Notes: generated by a model from the letters alone, not told the origin. 64,000 bases of DNA from Octopus sinensis (GCF_006345805.1 NC_043010.1:31248001-31312000), one strand, 5' to 3'; numbered from the stretch's first letter, positions 1-13,947 are shown. Made by a program: numbers and translations.

Positions 1-129
1 CACACCAAGCCAAGACTGGCTGAACCTTTCATCCACCTGAGATGGATAAAACTAAGCACTCAGTACAATCTGTAAAGTGGTTAGCATTAGGAAGAGTAGC
101 TGTAGAAATGATGTCAAAACAGATACATG

Positions 130-574
130 AGCTTGGCTTACCCCTCTGACTTGCCAACTGGCACTTGTGCCCTGTGCTAGTAGAGTGCTAAGAGCACCAT
201 CTGAGCGTGATCATTGCCAGAGCAGCTAACTGGCTTCCAGTGGCATCTAGGAGGCACCATTTGAGCGGGATCATTACCAGCATTGCCGTTGGCATGTGTA
301 AAAAATTAAAGCGAGGTCGTTGCCAGTACTGCCTGACTGGCTCATGTGTACAAATTCGAGCGAGGTTGTTGCCAGTACTGCCTGACTGGCCCCCGTGCTG
401 GTGGCACATAAAAGCACTCATTACACTCTGGGAGTGGTTGGCGTTGGGAAGGGCATCCAGCTGTAGAAACTCTGCCAGATCAAGACTGGAGCTTGGTGCA
501 GCCATCTGGTTCGCCAGCCCACAGTCCAGCATGGAAAGCGGATGTTAAACGATGATGATGATGATGATGATGAT
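130..574 (+). mobile_element. RTE-tailed short retroposon ('family C'), long copy ending in (GAT)n
   Basis: 3' tail CCAGCATGGAAAGCGGATGTTAAAC(GAT)n is shared with copies at ~3310-3448(+), 4537-4648(-), 12955-13060(+), 19700-19900(-), 20969-21190(-) and 22925-23205(-). It also has an internal duplication of GCGAGGTYGTTGCCAGTACTGCCTGACTGGC. Boundaries are approximate. Confidence 0.7.
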
Positions 575-998
575 ATACCATCATGGAAAATGGACATTAA
601 ATGGTGATGATGATGAATGCTCTTAACTTTTCTTTCTGTCTGGATGCCTTTCCTGTTGCTAATACTTATTTGTTTGCAAGTAAGGTACTCATTTCATTGG
701 TCTATCAAATGACAAACCACTCAAATGTTTTAGTGGCAGATATAAACAATCACATAGCCCAATATGGGGTCATTGCTTTTATGCAACAGAGAAACAGCAT
801 CAACACACACACAGTACACTCAGCAATGTGATTGGTTTTAGGAAGGGCATCAAGCCTAAAGTGAAACTCATGGGTGAGATGTGGGTCCCCAACTTATCTA
901 AGTGAGCAACCCCATGGAATATACACACATTATGAATGCAGTGAGATGTCCCATCATGCCAACCTGGAACGCAAATCAGTGTCACATTAATAGCTTAA

Positions 999-1217
999 CC
1001 CTTTCGTTACCAACCTGCCTGAAACCGGCACTGGCTTTGAATACAAATGTCTTGTTTCCATAAGCTTTGAATTAAAATCTTCTACCAATCTTAGTCACAA
1101 TTTATATTCCTAACACTAGCTGAATGATAACAAAGTTATTTTACTAAATTCTTTGTTATATTTAAAGTAACTGGAAGAAACACAGATCATCTCAACAGAA
1201 ATATGGTAACGAAAGGT
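999..1217. mobile_element. piggyBac-like MITE
   Basis: TIRs CCCTTTCGTTACCA / TGGTAACGAAAGGT, flanked by TTAA at 995-998 and 1218-1221. Confidence 0.75.
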
Positions 1218-1645
1218 TTAAACCCTCCTTACCCCCAAATATGTAATATTGTGTCAATGCTATATCATAATAATGATTAATGTTGTACAATGTTGGATAT
1301 AGACCTTCTGATTGGTCAGTAGTAGCTTGCTAATATTTATCTCACAAACCTCCAGTTGGACGACAAATAATAGGATTTTAATGGAGATATGGGAGACATC
1401 AAACTAAATCATGCGAAGCAGCTAACGTTAAGATGTCCTCTGTCTGTATATGACTTTGTTCAATGAATTAAAAGTAATAAATCATAATGACCCAATCAAA
1501 GAAATCAATAATACTGAGGTCATGCTGAACTAAGCCATATTTATTGCTAAATTATTTTTGTCTCTATTTTTTATTATCATTACTGAATATTTCAAAAGCT
1601 GTATTCATCATTGAATATTGAATAAACTGTTAAAAATGGCCATGT

Positions 1646-1745
1646 NNNNNNNNNNNNNNNNNNNNNNNNNNNNNNNNNNNNNNNNNNNNNNNNNNNNNNN
1701 NNNNNNNNNNNNNNNNNNNNNNNNNNNNNNNNNNNNNNNNNNNNN
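1646..1745. other. Assembly gap (100 N)
   Basis: Run of exactly 100 N, typical of a gap of unknown size. Confidence 1.
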
Positions 1746-1775
1746 GTGTCATTTCTTTTTTGTCAAATAATTATT

Positions 1776-1869
1776 TCATTGCATTGTTGCAATCTCTTCA
1801 ATGATACGTCTCTCTACTTCCATTTCTTTTGAACTTATTTTCAAGCATTGGGATTCGTCCAAGTTCTGT
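1776..1869 (-). CDS. Weak candidate terminal coding exon (QNLDESQCLKISSKEMEVERRIIEEIATMQ*)
   Basis: Minus-strand CTCAG acceptor, then 31 open codons in non-repeat sequence with protein-like composition. The pyrimidine tract is weak and no homology is recognised. Confidence 0.2.
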
Positions 1870-2365
1870 CTGAGATGAGCATGTGTGTGTGTGTGTATGT
1901 ATGCATGTATGTGTGTTTATACATAAGTGTGTGCATTCGTATGTGTGTGTGTATGTTTTTTTTAAAATACTGACTATGTCCTTTTTGATATACATAAGTT
2001 AGCGGTTTTGGTTTTCTCTTTGTTTTCTTCACAAACACAAGTTCATCCATATAACATTTCTCTCAAAGACAGTTAAACTGTCTTCTTTGTTTGATAAATG
2101 TTGAATAAATTGACATCTATCTGAGTGTGAGCATGACATGCGTGTGCATGTCCATGTGTGTATGGGAGGGCATGTGTGTACGAGCATGTGACTCTGTGTT
2201 TGCATGTATGTGTGTGTTTGTGTGTGCTTGCATTCATATGTGAGTTCTTCTGTGTTTGTGTGTGCATGTGTACTTCTGTATGCATGTTTCTGTGTGTGTG
2301 TGTGTTTATGTGGGCATGTGTGTATGTGTGTGTCCATTTGTCTGTAAGGCAGAAGTCTTTGTAAG

Positions 2366-2630
2366 GCTTCTGCTTAATGAGAGTATTTACTATCCAAATC
2401 CGGTTGTGTTTTGTTGATCCAGACTGACTCTTGTATCTATCATAGTGATGTGTTGCCCAGGTGTCTAGACAAGATTTCTTATGCTAATTCGGTTCAGCAC
2501 ACCACCATATTGTTCTTTGGCATGCTGGTATAGTATCAAGGTTTCTCTTTGATCCCTGTATTCCCTCCAATGTTGATTTATACGCTCGGCCAAACTTCTT
2601 GCCGTTTCACCTATGTATGCAGTCCAGAGG
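2366..2630 (-). mobile_element. Penelope-like element GIY-YIG endonuclease C-terminal fragment (frameshifted)
   Basis: Minus-strand translation AYIGETARSLAERINQH...LYQHAKE and, after a frameshift, IQESVWINKTQPDLDSK. These match the PLE pattern YIGET-R-L-ER--EH ... RQ--E-V-I----P-LN-K. Confidence 0.8.
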
Positions 2631-2659
2631 TAGTATGGGTGTGTATGTATATGTGTGAA

Positions 2660-2694
<35 letters not shown>

Positions 2695-3115
2695 GTATGC
2701 ATAAATTAGCTCTATGATCTTCTTGGACTATCTTATAAAACTCTCTGATGAAGCCTAGAGGCATACCTACGCACCCTAATTTTATCTACAGAATACTACA
2801 GTACACTGAAAAGATGGAAATAACATGTGGGGTACTGTGACCTCTTGGCAGAAACAGCTGTAAGAAACTGCTCTTCTTTCTCTATTCTAGAAATTCCTAG
2901 TACTTTACACATGTATTTATATATTATATGAACTGTTTAAAATAAATAAATAGACATAATATAATGTCTAACAGCTGATGAACACTACCTCTGGATTCCC
3001 TCCATTTTTTTCTTGCTATATAAATTAAGGGTAAAACCACTTACCCATGCCTAATTATTATACTCAGTAGGATAATTGCCACACATATTCTAGCAGCCTC
3101 TAACTCTCTTTGAAT

Positions 3116-3188
<73 letters not shown>

Positions 3189-3516
3189 TACATACACACA
3201 CACATATATATATATATAATGTGTGACAATTATTCGGAAGCCATGATAAGACTCCGAGTTTCAGATGTTGGGACAGAAACCTATGGTTAGGTTTAACGGT
3301 CATTTTCACAGGGCATCAAGCTGTAGAAACACTGCCAGATCAGACTGGAGCCTAGTGCAGCCTCCTGGTTTCCCAGACCCCGGTCGAACCATCCAACCCA
3401 TGCTAGCATGAAAAAGGGACGTTAAACGATGATGATGATGATGATGATATTTATATATATGTATTTATATATATGTATGTATGTATGTATATATATATAT
3501 ATACATACATATATAT

Positions 3517-3547
<31 letters not shown>

Positions 3548-4464
3548 CTGATTGAATCTTCCATGCGTAAACATGTACATATATATATATATATATATAC
3601 ACTCACACACACTTATAAAACATACACATATACATACACACATGCATGCACACAAGCACACACAATCTACACATTTACATACATGTATACACATGCAAGA
3701 AAAATATTAATACCAACCAAGTTTGTCAATTCTAAGACGTCAATCTACTAAGTCTAAAAGCTCCATTTTAGTCTCTAGATTCTAAATCTACAATTGTTAG
3801 TCATGTTTTGATGATTGTTTCTTCACCACCATACAATAACAAATGTAGATTTTCATTTTTGGTTTATTTCTTATTCTTCGCTATTGTATTTTTGTTTGTT
3901 TTCTGTTATCTGGTTCATTTCCAGCTTATCCACAGGAGGAATCCGCCATCTTGCTTTTCAAGCTGACAAAACTACTGTTCTTTGACAGTTCAGCTGAATA
4001 GAATTACTGACAAAAAGCTTTGGAAACTCAAACAGCATGATGTTAGCCTGCTTTGTTGGGTTTTGTTTACCAACCATCATCAGTAACACAACTATTGCTA
4101 CAATCACAACAACAACAACACTTGGCTAATGGAGAGGATTTGTTTTGTGTTTCCCCTCTTTGACTAATGATTATTATCACCGTTATCCTAATTATTGATT
4201 TCTTACATAATCACAAGGCTGCAAATGTACATGATGGTGGTGAGAGTGAGGGGAGAGAGTGGTGATGACAGTATATCTGACTGGATCAAACCTCAGTATT
4301 CAACTGGTATTAAACTGTATTGATGCTGGAAAGAGATTTGATCTCAGAACATAAAAGGTACATAACCGAATACCAAAAGGCGTGTCTGTCATTTGACCAA
4401 TTCTGCCAAGTCACTGCCCTCATTATTATTAGTACCTTTGTTCTTATTATTATTGAACTGATAT

Positions 4465-5450
4465 TAGTGGCAAGCAGGCGGCATCATTAGTATGCCAAAC
4501 AAAATGCTTAGCAGGATTTCATCCAGCTGTATGTTCATCATCATCATCATCATCGTTTAGCATCCGCTTTCCATGCTGGCATGGGTTGGATGGTTCAACA
4601 GGGGTCTGGGACGCCAGAAGGCTGCACCAGGCTCAGTCTGATCTGGCACTGAGTTCAAATTCTGCCAAGCCTTTCATGTTTTGGGGGTTAATAAAATAAA
4701 GTACCAGCTGAACACTGGGGTCAATGTAATCAACTTCCCTCACACCCAAAATTTCAGGCCTTCTGCCTATAGTAGAAAGAATTATTATTATATGAAGTGG
4801 TGAGCTGGCAGGATTGTTAGCACATTGGGCAAAATACTTGGTGGCATTTCATTCGTCCTTACATTCTGAGTTCAAATTCCACCAAGGTTGACTTTATATT
4901 TCATCCTTTCAGAGTTGATAAAATAAGTATCAGTTGAACATTGGGATTGATATATTCAATTTAGCCCCTCTCCTGAAATTGTTGGCTTTGTGCCAAAATG
5001 TGAAACCATTAACTATAGTTATTATTAAGGTAGCAAGCTGGCAAAATTATTAGCACATTGGACAAAACAATTAGTGTTATTTCTTCCAGGTATTTATATT
5101 CTGAGTTCAAATACCACTGGGATCAACTTTCTGAGCTGGGGTGATATTTTTTTTTTTGAGATGTTTTTTGGGAAAAAAAGTGTATTTTATATCCCATCAA
5201 AAATAGTTTTTGATAAAAAAGACAGTATAAGGTGGTGAGCTAGCAGAATTGTTATCACACCAGACAAAATGCTTACTGGCACTCTGTCCATCTTTATATT
5301 CTGAGTTCAAATTCCGTTGAGGTCAGCTTTGCGTGGCATCCTTTCTGGATTGATAAAATAAGTACCAGTTGAGCACTGGAATCAATGTAATCGACCGACT
5401 TACTCCCTCCTCCAAAACTTGCTGGCCTTGTGCCAAAATTTGAAACCAAT
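4465..5450 (+). mobile_element. Head-to-tail cluster of four CpG-decayed tRNA-derived SINE 'family A' copies
   Basis: Repeated AAGGTGGTGAGCTGGCAG ... CTGAGTTCAAAT (B-box) ... CCTTTC ... GATAAAATAAGTACCAG at ~4465, 4795, 5027 and 5229. The first copy is interrupted by a family C fragment at 4537-4648. Confidence 0.85.
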
Positions 5451-5957
5451 ATAGAAGACAGTATAAAGTTGTAATATCAGCTACAGGGATTGAACGCTAT
5501 GTCTGCCATATTGTGAGAAAGTCTATATTTTGCTAATGTATATCAATGAAGGATGTAAAAATTACTTAGAAAACCAGAATATCTGGTACTTTAGAATAAA
5601 AATACTGTGTGTGGTATTTGTTCTGCTCTGGGTCATACAGATGATCCCTTATTCTTACCATTAAAGATATGGTGAATTAATGATTGGCTCATTGAAAACC
5701 TGCAGCCAACATCACTATTGTTCACCAGTTACTTTTTGTCTTTTACTAGTATCAGTCATCGGACTGCAGCTACATTGGAGCATTGGCTTGAAAGTTAAGT
5801 CATGCAAATCAACCCCAGGACTTATCTTTCTTTTTGTAAGGCTGGTGCTTGTTCTATTGATCTCCTTTGCTGAACCCCTAAGTTATGGGGATGTAAACAA
5901 GCCAACACTGATTGTCAAGCCAACACTGATTGTCAGGTGACAAACGCAGACTCAAAG

Positions 5958-5992
<35 letters not shown>

Positions 5993-7101
5993 TTTGCACG
6001 ATCCAATTGAATTGAGGTATTTTAATAAAAAGACACCAAGGTAGAGTCACAAACAGCATACCCATGTATCAACAGTGTATGGACACTCACATACTTACTA
6101 CAGTATATATGGATTTGTCCTTCCAGATACACATACATCCACATGTACAGACCAAATACACTCAATGTATATGTAAAATCATACAGGGGTATACTCTGGC
6201 ATGCAGGGAAGGTTCTGAGTGCTGTGTACTGTAAATAATAACACAAATGAACTGAGGTTCACTACAGCTGCTTCAGATATGTTTTTTTATTGATGAACAA
6301 AACAATTACATCATGTAAAAAAAAGACTTTTCTTCAGGTGAATTAAAATCTAAAATTTAAGATTTAAGATTTTTCACACAAAAAGTATAGAATGTATATC
6401 AGCTCTCTCAACTGGTACTGAGATGAGAGTCAAAATTCATTCTATAATATTTGTGTGAAAAATCCTGAATATTAAATTTTGGATTTTAATTCACCTGAAG
6501 AAAAGTCTTTTTACATCACACACACACACACGGAACAGATTTCCACAGTTTCTACCTACCAAATTAATTCACAAGGTATTGGTTGGCCCAGGGCCATAAT
6601 AGAAAATATTTGCCCAAGTTACTGTACAGTGGGACTGAACCTGAAACTAGGTAGTCACAAAGCAAACTTCTTACCCACACAATCATGACTTGTATATTCT
6701 AAGCATTACAAAGTAGTTTAAATTCTTCCAGTCAGTTAGTTGTAGTGGTTGGTGAATACTTCAAGTGTTGTAGGAAGTGTACTCTGTCAATTCTACCACC
6801 TCCCAGCTGTGTACAACCCATTTGGGATCTTAGAGTAGGACTTTATTTGTAAAAGGTATATGTACAGACATATCTAGGAGGATGGTTTCCATCACCTGCT
6901 TAGCTATCACAGATGAGTTGTGGGTGAAGCATATTTGCTATCATGAGTAGTTTGACTGAATAGTTTATTGAAAGTAGTAATTTATTTAAAGTACTAGACA
7001 GTTGGTGAGTGTTAAGAGCTGTGTTGTTGGAAGATGTGAAGAGGATGCTTATAGAATGTATAGTCCAAAACGGGAAACAGAGAATCAAAATACTATGCCA
7101 T

Positions 7102-7502
7102 AGGTGTGACTGTGTGGTAAGAAGTTTGTTTTCCAACCACATGGTTCTGGGTTCAGCCCTACTACATGGCACCTTGGGAAACTGTCTTTCACTATAGCCT
7201 CAGGTTGACCAAAGCCTTGTGAGTAGATTTAGTAGACAGAAACTGAAAGAAGCTTGTTGTATAAATATATATATATATATGCGTGTGTCTTTGTGTCTCT
7301 GTTTGTCCCCTCACCATCACTTGACAGCCGGTGTGTTGGTGAGTTTACCTCGCTGTAACTTGGTAGTGTGGTAAAAGTGACTGGTAGAGTAAGTACAGGC
7401 TTAAAAACATAAGTCCTGTGGTCGATTTGTTCGACTAAAACTATTCGAGGTGGTGCTCCAGCATGGCCACAGTCTAATGACAGCAACAAGTAAAATATAA
7501 AA
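7102..7502 (+). mobile_element. Composite tRNA/CORE-like SINE with internal microsatellite ('family B+D')
   Basis: tRNA-like head TGTGTGGTAAGAAG...GGTTCAG, CORE-like CACCTTGGG segment, (TA)n/(TG)n tract, then a second domain ending CAAGTAAAATATAAAAGA. Confidence 0.8.
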
Positions 7503-7837
7503 GAAACCAGATACCTTATGTAAATGGTTTCCATAAAATAATCTCCACAAAGGACAGACATCCATAAAGCTTAATCCTGTACCAGGACTAAAAACACTAC
7601 AAGGTTCTTCAGTAGCTTTAGCTGGGTCTACTTTGTTGTAAACATTTAGGTTAGTATCTCCAGGTTGGGGATAATTTCCACCCTCCAGACTTAAGAGATT
7701 CTGAAAATAGCCATAAATACAGCTGCCTTTCCTGCTTTAAGTTACTTTCAAGCATTTTAGTCACTCATACCAATCCCTGGACTTATTTCAGTCAAGTGCT
7801 TTTTATCAAGCTCCATCATTTTAGTGGTGTAAAAGAG

Positions 7838-7873
<36 letters not shown>

Positions 7874-7907
7874 TTTTGTATATATATATAAAGGAGCTGT
7901 ATGTGTG

Positions 7908-7954
<47 letters not shown>

Positions 7955-8788
7955 CATACATACATGCATATATACACATATATAAAATGATAACATTAGC
8001 AATAATAAATATAATAGGAGATGAAGTGAAGGAGAAGAAAAAGAATATATATATATACACATAACTATCAACATAAGCATTATATTTCTCATTTTTGTTG
8101 GTATGTTCAGCAAAATTTAGCTATGAATAATGCTCCTCCACCCCTTCACCATCTACTGTTATTATCTAAAGATATAACTAAAAAAGCAGAAACAAACAAG
8201 CAAAAACAAAAAAAAAACTATATACATATGCACACACACACACACACATAGAAAGAAGCATAATATGCACGCATATAGTGGCTTACCCACCCCACCCTAC
8301 TGATTACCAAAAGATGGAATTCCTTCAAAAATTCCAACAGCATCTGTTTAACCATTTCATATAATTCCTATAAAGACTTGCCAATTTTCCACAAATCAAC
8401 ACCTCCATGGCAACTGCCACCACCACCACCACCACAACCACTGCCACAACCATTACCATCACTACCACCTCTGCTTCCACCATCACCAGCACCACCACAA
8501 CCACAACAAGAACCACCACCAATGTTGCTGCTGCCATCGCTACCACAACAACCACTGCAATACCCATTTCTCTGCCAAAAAGACAGAAAAAAAAAAGAAA
8601 TCCCAATTTACTGTAGGCCAAAGAATATATTGCCATTTGAGATTCTTACCAGTTTACAGGTTGAGGAGGAAGATGGTGGTGGTAGTTGGTGGGTGGTGAT
8701 GTGAAAGTGGTGATAGTCATATAGTTAATAACGAAGGTTGGAAGCAGAGAGATGGTGGAATGATGGGTGTTGTAGCAAAACAATGGCT

Positions 8789-8828
<40 letters not shown>

Positions 8829-8869
8829 CAACGGTGATGGTGGTAGTAGTAGTTGTAGCAGTGGTGGGT

Positions 8870-8902
<33 letters not shown>

Positions 8903-9266
8903 CAGCAGCAGCAGTGGTAGAAATGTGATCAGAATGTGATGGTGATGGAAGCTTTTTTTGCAGTTGTTCAAATGCACAAAAGCCTTCTTCCCCAACAAAA
9001 GTTTGTTTGGGAAGCTTAGTGGTTAAAGCAATAAAACAATGGACTGCATGCAGATAGCTAGAGATCAACAGGCTGTCCAATCAATCAATCAAAGTATCAA
9101 CTGTTCAAACCCTTTCATGATCACTGCATAACATCCATAGTAAAGGCGTTTCTCTCTCAAATGACAAATTTACCAAACTATCACAGAGCCAATGAGAAGC
9201 CTCCCACGTGGTCATGCAATCTGCTAGGAATAGTAGCCAGTTTTTCCTCAAATTATGCATATCCTA

Positions 9267-9630
9267 CTTTCTTTTACTTGTTTCAGTCACTGAATTGCAG
9301 TTATGCTGGGGTACAACCTTGAAGGGTTTTAATCAAACAAATCAACCCCAATACTTACTTTTCTATTTAAGTGTGGTATCTATTGCACCAGTCTATTTTG
9401 CTTAACTGGGATGTAAACAAACCAGCACCGGTTGTCAAACGGTGTTGAGGGAGCAAATACACACACACACATACATATATATATACATATACACAATGGG
9501 CTTTCATAGTTACTGTCTACCAAATACACTCACAAGGCATTGATCCGTCCAGGTCTGTGCCATATAGTGGGAGTGAACCTGAAAGTGCAAGGTTTCAAAG
9601 CAAGCTTCTTAATCACATACCACATAGACA
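9267..9630 (-). mobile_element. Composite SINE (family B+D), reverse copy
   Basis: Reverse complement of the 7102-7502 architecture, with (CA)n(TA)n in the middle. Confidence 0.75.
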
Positions 9631-10125
9631 TGCCAAGAGAAAATAAACAGAACTGCCAAGACCAGAATGCCTTTGATCCAAGGTCTGCTCAATCGGGACA
9701 AATCAGGGACTAAATATCAGTTTCTAACTAAGGCACAAGACCACAGTTCTGAGGGGAGGAAGTTAGTCAATACCATCAAACCCAATAATAAACTGGTTCC
9801 TTATTATATCAACACAGAAGAGATGAAGGGTAAAGTTGACTTCAACAAAGTTTGACTTAGAGTGTAAAGAGTCAAAGAAACAAATTAAAAAAAGAAGCCA
9901 ATTTTTCCAAGGCTCTAATGATTCTGCCAGCTTACTGCCAATTTGGGGCTAAATAATGTAAGAAGCAGGAGCTCTGTAAAAATGATGAGTACTTCATAAT
10001 TTCACAGTGCTAAGATTGGGTTCTGTTCCAAATCTTACCAATGTAGTGAGAGAAAAGTAGCTGTATGATACAGGCAGAGGTATGGCTGTGTTCCCAACCA
10101 TATGGTCTTAGGTTCAGTATCTATA

Positions 10126-10156
<31 letters not shown>

Positions 10157-10162
10157 ATATAT

Positions 10163-10217
<55 letters not shown>

Positions 10218-10234
10218 ATGATGATGATATATAT

Positions 10235-10272
<38 letters not shown>

Positions 10273-10659
10273 AGAATGTGGATCCAAAGAATTAAACAGA
10301 GCTTACAGTAAGCTCCCTATCTGGTGCATGGCTATCAAAATGTAACATCACCATTGTTCTGTTTGGGAATCCAGGAATTGCAATGGTGGAGATTTTGTAT
10401 AAAGATTAACCAGATAAGATAAGTGAAGTGAACAAATAGATGTTTATCCCATTAGTTGACAACTGTTTCATAACCTGTGTTTAGTTGCATGAGATACTAT
10501 ATCATTTATCATATATATTGTTTGTGACTACATAATGAAACTATTTGCTGTTTATAGTAGAGTCTGGTGTTTTAACCTGTGGTGAAATATTCTGAAGTGT
10601 AGTCTGTCCATTATGTTGCAGCACAGTTACACTAATGGGTATATCTATAATCATATATA

Positions 10660-12032
10660 AACTGTGTCCTACATTATTAGGGAAATCAACCTTCTCTCAA
10701 TAAATAAATGTATATTCATTCTAAATCAGTTGTTTTCCCACTGACTGCTGGCAAAACCTATCTGCACACATTCTGTTAAAATAAATTGGATCTGCAGACG
10801 CCAACAAATGGTGGCACTTTTGTGATTAGGTAACATTTTCACCGTTACAAATTATTAGGCAAGTATAATAAAAATGATAATTGTGTTAGAACAAACATGT
10901 ATTTAATGCAACACTAAAGGTTTAACAAAAAAATTATTCATGAAGGACTTAATGGTAAACATAATAATATGTTAGCATGAAAATAATCATGGGATTATGA
11001 TGTCATACAGCTCCTAATGTTTGATGTATGATTCTCCACATGCAATAATCTTCCTTATGCACTGATCCACTGAATTTGTCAAGGTGATGATATTCTCTTG
11101 TGTCACGCTTTGAGCAGCATCTACAATAGCATCCCAGAGGGCAACTTTATTTGAAAACTGCCATCCATCTAGGTAAACACGCCTCTTCAGGACACTCCAC
11201 AGATTTTCAATTGGATTTGAGTCAGGGAAACAAGGTGGCTGTTCCATCAGACAACCTCCAGAGAAGCCAATTTGCTGCAGGTATTCCTTAGAATTTTTCG
11301 CTGCATGAGACAGGGCATTATCTTGCATGACAACCAGATTTCTCTTGAATGAAAGTTTTTGCTTTTTGAACCATGGTTGGAAAGTGTCCTTTAAGAAGGT
11401 AACATATGTTTTCGATGTCATCTTAATGCCATTGGGGCTTTCCATGGCCTGACCTTCATACTACCAATGATGCCAGCCCAAAACATGACCCCACCTCCAT
11501 CCTGTTGGGGTCTCAAACGATGAGGACAGTTCCTGCTGATTGATACCCAACCTTTACTCCAGCCATCTGGTCTGTGAAGGGTAGCACAGCATTCGTCAGT
11601 GAACAGAACTGTTGAAAAATCTATCTTCATGTATTCTTCTGCCCCATTCAGTCTCTTCTGCTTATGAACAGCCTTATAACAGACTTAACATGCCTAGTTA
11701 CCTGCTTCAAGAGGCAACACCTGGTAGTTTCTGATATGTCTTCCCTGCAACAACGTTTGAAGACTTCTCTACTTGTCAGACATGGATTCAGCACAACTTC
11801 TGTTTTCACACATGACAAAGTACAATTTGAAGCAACCCTTGACTTACCATTATCTGCCCTTGACCCAGGGCAATAGCAGAAGACTCTTACTCAATGTGCT
11901 GTGTAGTGGGACTGAACCTAAGACCATATGGTTGGGAAACAAGGTATCATCCACACAGCTACACCTATGCCTGTATCATATAGCTAATTTATTGAGAGAA
12001 GGTTGATTTGCCTAATAATGTGGGATGCAGTG
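10660..12032 (-). mobile_element. Tc1-like DNA transposon, DD37E (TRT-like), frameshifted transposase
   Basis: TIRs ACTGTGTCCTACATTATTAGGGAAATCAACCTTCTCTCAATAAAT (from 10661) and an inverted match ending CAGTG at 12032, both TA-flanked. ORFs 11418-11630 (VLFTDE) and 11014-11445 (MQDNA...NPIENLW), with 37 residues between D2 and E. A SINE is inserted at ~11820-11975. Confidence 0.9.
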
Positions 12033-12061
12033 TATGTATGTATGTATGTATATATCATCAT

Positions 12062-12118
<57 letters not shown>

Positions 12119-12272
12119 ATATATTCATTTATATATGTGATGTATGATACCAGCATCATTTAAGTAAGTGATACAGATTACAAAACAGCTGTCAGCTAAT
12201 GGAATAAGCATGTATTCTTTCACTTCACCTCTCAGGTCAATTTATATATATATATATATATATAATATATAT

Positions 12273-12303
<31 letters not shown>

Positions 12304-12309
12304 CATATA

Positions 12310-12520
12310 TTTAGTAAATCCCCAAAAATGAACAACAATGTGAGTACGTGGTACATGTAAAGTATTAGCAGACACACTCAGGGAAGGAAAGAAAGGTGGT
12401 TTTACATTGCAAGCAAAAGCTCTTCTTCAGAAACAGGAGACAGAGGAAAACCCAAGGGAAAAGGAAGACAGGAAAAAAAAATCGCTAACAATTCACATGT
12501 GGGAGGTATTATCAATCCAG
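12310..12520 (-). mobile_element. Short HHR-bearing repeat (family H2), degenerate copy
   Basis: Homologous to 36755-36950 and 49500-49700. The hammerhead remnant at 12399-12434 reads GTTT CTGAAGA A GAGC TTTT GCTT GCAA TG T A AAAC on the minus strand. Confidence 0.75.
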
Positions 12521-13947
12521 GTAAAATACCTTATAAGCTCTCTATTAGTACACCAAGCTAACAGTATTGTTTAAAATAGTAAAGGACTTAGTATTTTTGT
12601 GGCAGGGTCAATACCATTCTATGTTGTAAATCCATGGTTGTGTTTCAGTTATACTAGTTTTTACATAGAGTGATATGCAAGACAAGGCATAAATAATGGT
12701 TATTGCATATTTTTCTACAATGAAGAAAAATATATAATGGTCATTATTTATGCCTTGTCTTATAAATATGTGTGTGTGTTGTGTGTGTGTGTGTGTGTGT
12801 GTGTGAGTGTGTATGTGTGTGCATCTGTGTGTATCTTGTCTAGATATCATGTGATACTTGTAAATCATCATCACACAAGCAAGGTTGTTAATTTCTGTTC
12901 TTCCATAAAAAACAAGTCTAATTACAGGAAAATATTACTTTGCTTTGAAACAGGTGGGTGTTGTCAATAGGGAGGGTATCTGACCACAGAAAAGTTACCT
13001 CAACATATTCCATCTGACCCATGCAAGCATGGAAAAGTGGACAGTTAATGATGATGATGGTACATACTACAAAGTCACACAGGATTCCTATGATGGCTGC
13101 AGTTAATTGTTTACAAATATGCATATGTATGTATGAATGTGTGTGTGTATGTGCATGTAGTAAATTCAACTCAATTTCAGTTGTCCATTGTACAATGTTG
13201 ACTTAATTATTATTGTTACTGCTTAGGAGGAAGAGAAAAATAGCTCCCATAATACTTTACAGGATCTCCAAGACTGACAGGAATCAAAGGAGTTATTCTA
13301 AGATCAGAGACCTAGATTGAATGCTAGCACCAGAATGGACTCTGCGAAATAGAACCACAAGTGATGGAGTATGTCTATATCCAAGAATCAGAACAATCCC
13401 TCCATGGGATTTCTTAGTTTCTGTCAGTGAAATTTCAACTCACAAGGTTTGGTAAACTCAAAGCTATGATAGGAGACACTTGTCCATAGTGCTGCAAAGT
13501 GGAATTGAACCAGATACTACAAAGTTGCAAAGTAAAATTCCTAACCACACAGCCATGTCTGTGCACTGGAAGGGGAGGAATACAATCAATAATTTATTTC
13601 CACACTAGGTGCAAGTATGGTTGTGTGTCAACAAGTTCACTTCCCAAACACATGGGTTTAGGTTCAGTCCCACAGCACAGCACCATGGGTGTCATTTACC
13701 ACAGCCTCATGCCAACCATAGCTAAATCTACTCACAAGCAGTAGATTTTGAAAGAAACCCATTGTGTGTGTGTGTGTGGTGTGTGTGTGTGTGTGTGTGT
13801 ATTTACATTTGTTTTTCTCTGAAAATCAGTGAGCTACAAGTGGTGACATCAATGCTCTTGTCAACAAATGAGAACCCATACTCGAAAAAGGTATGGGTTA
13901 GCAACAAGAAAGGCATCCAGCTGTAAAATAGTAACTCAATAATATAT

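Noticed and set aside
3943-3952. CCGCCATCTT (YY1/Kozak-like AAGATGGCGG on the minus strand)
   Set aside because: The ATG gives only MADSSCG*, and a single motif is not enough to call a promoter.
8378-9080. Poly-Thr/Pro/Leu ORFs on both strands
   Set aside because: They derive from ACC/CAA and GTA trinucleotide repeats, with no domain or supported exon structure.
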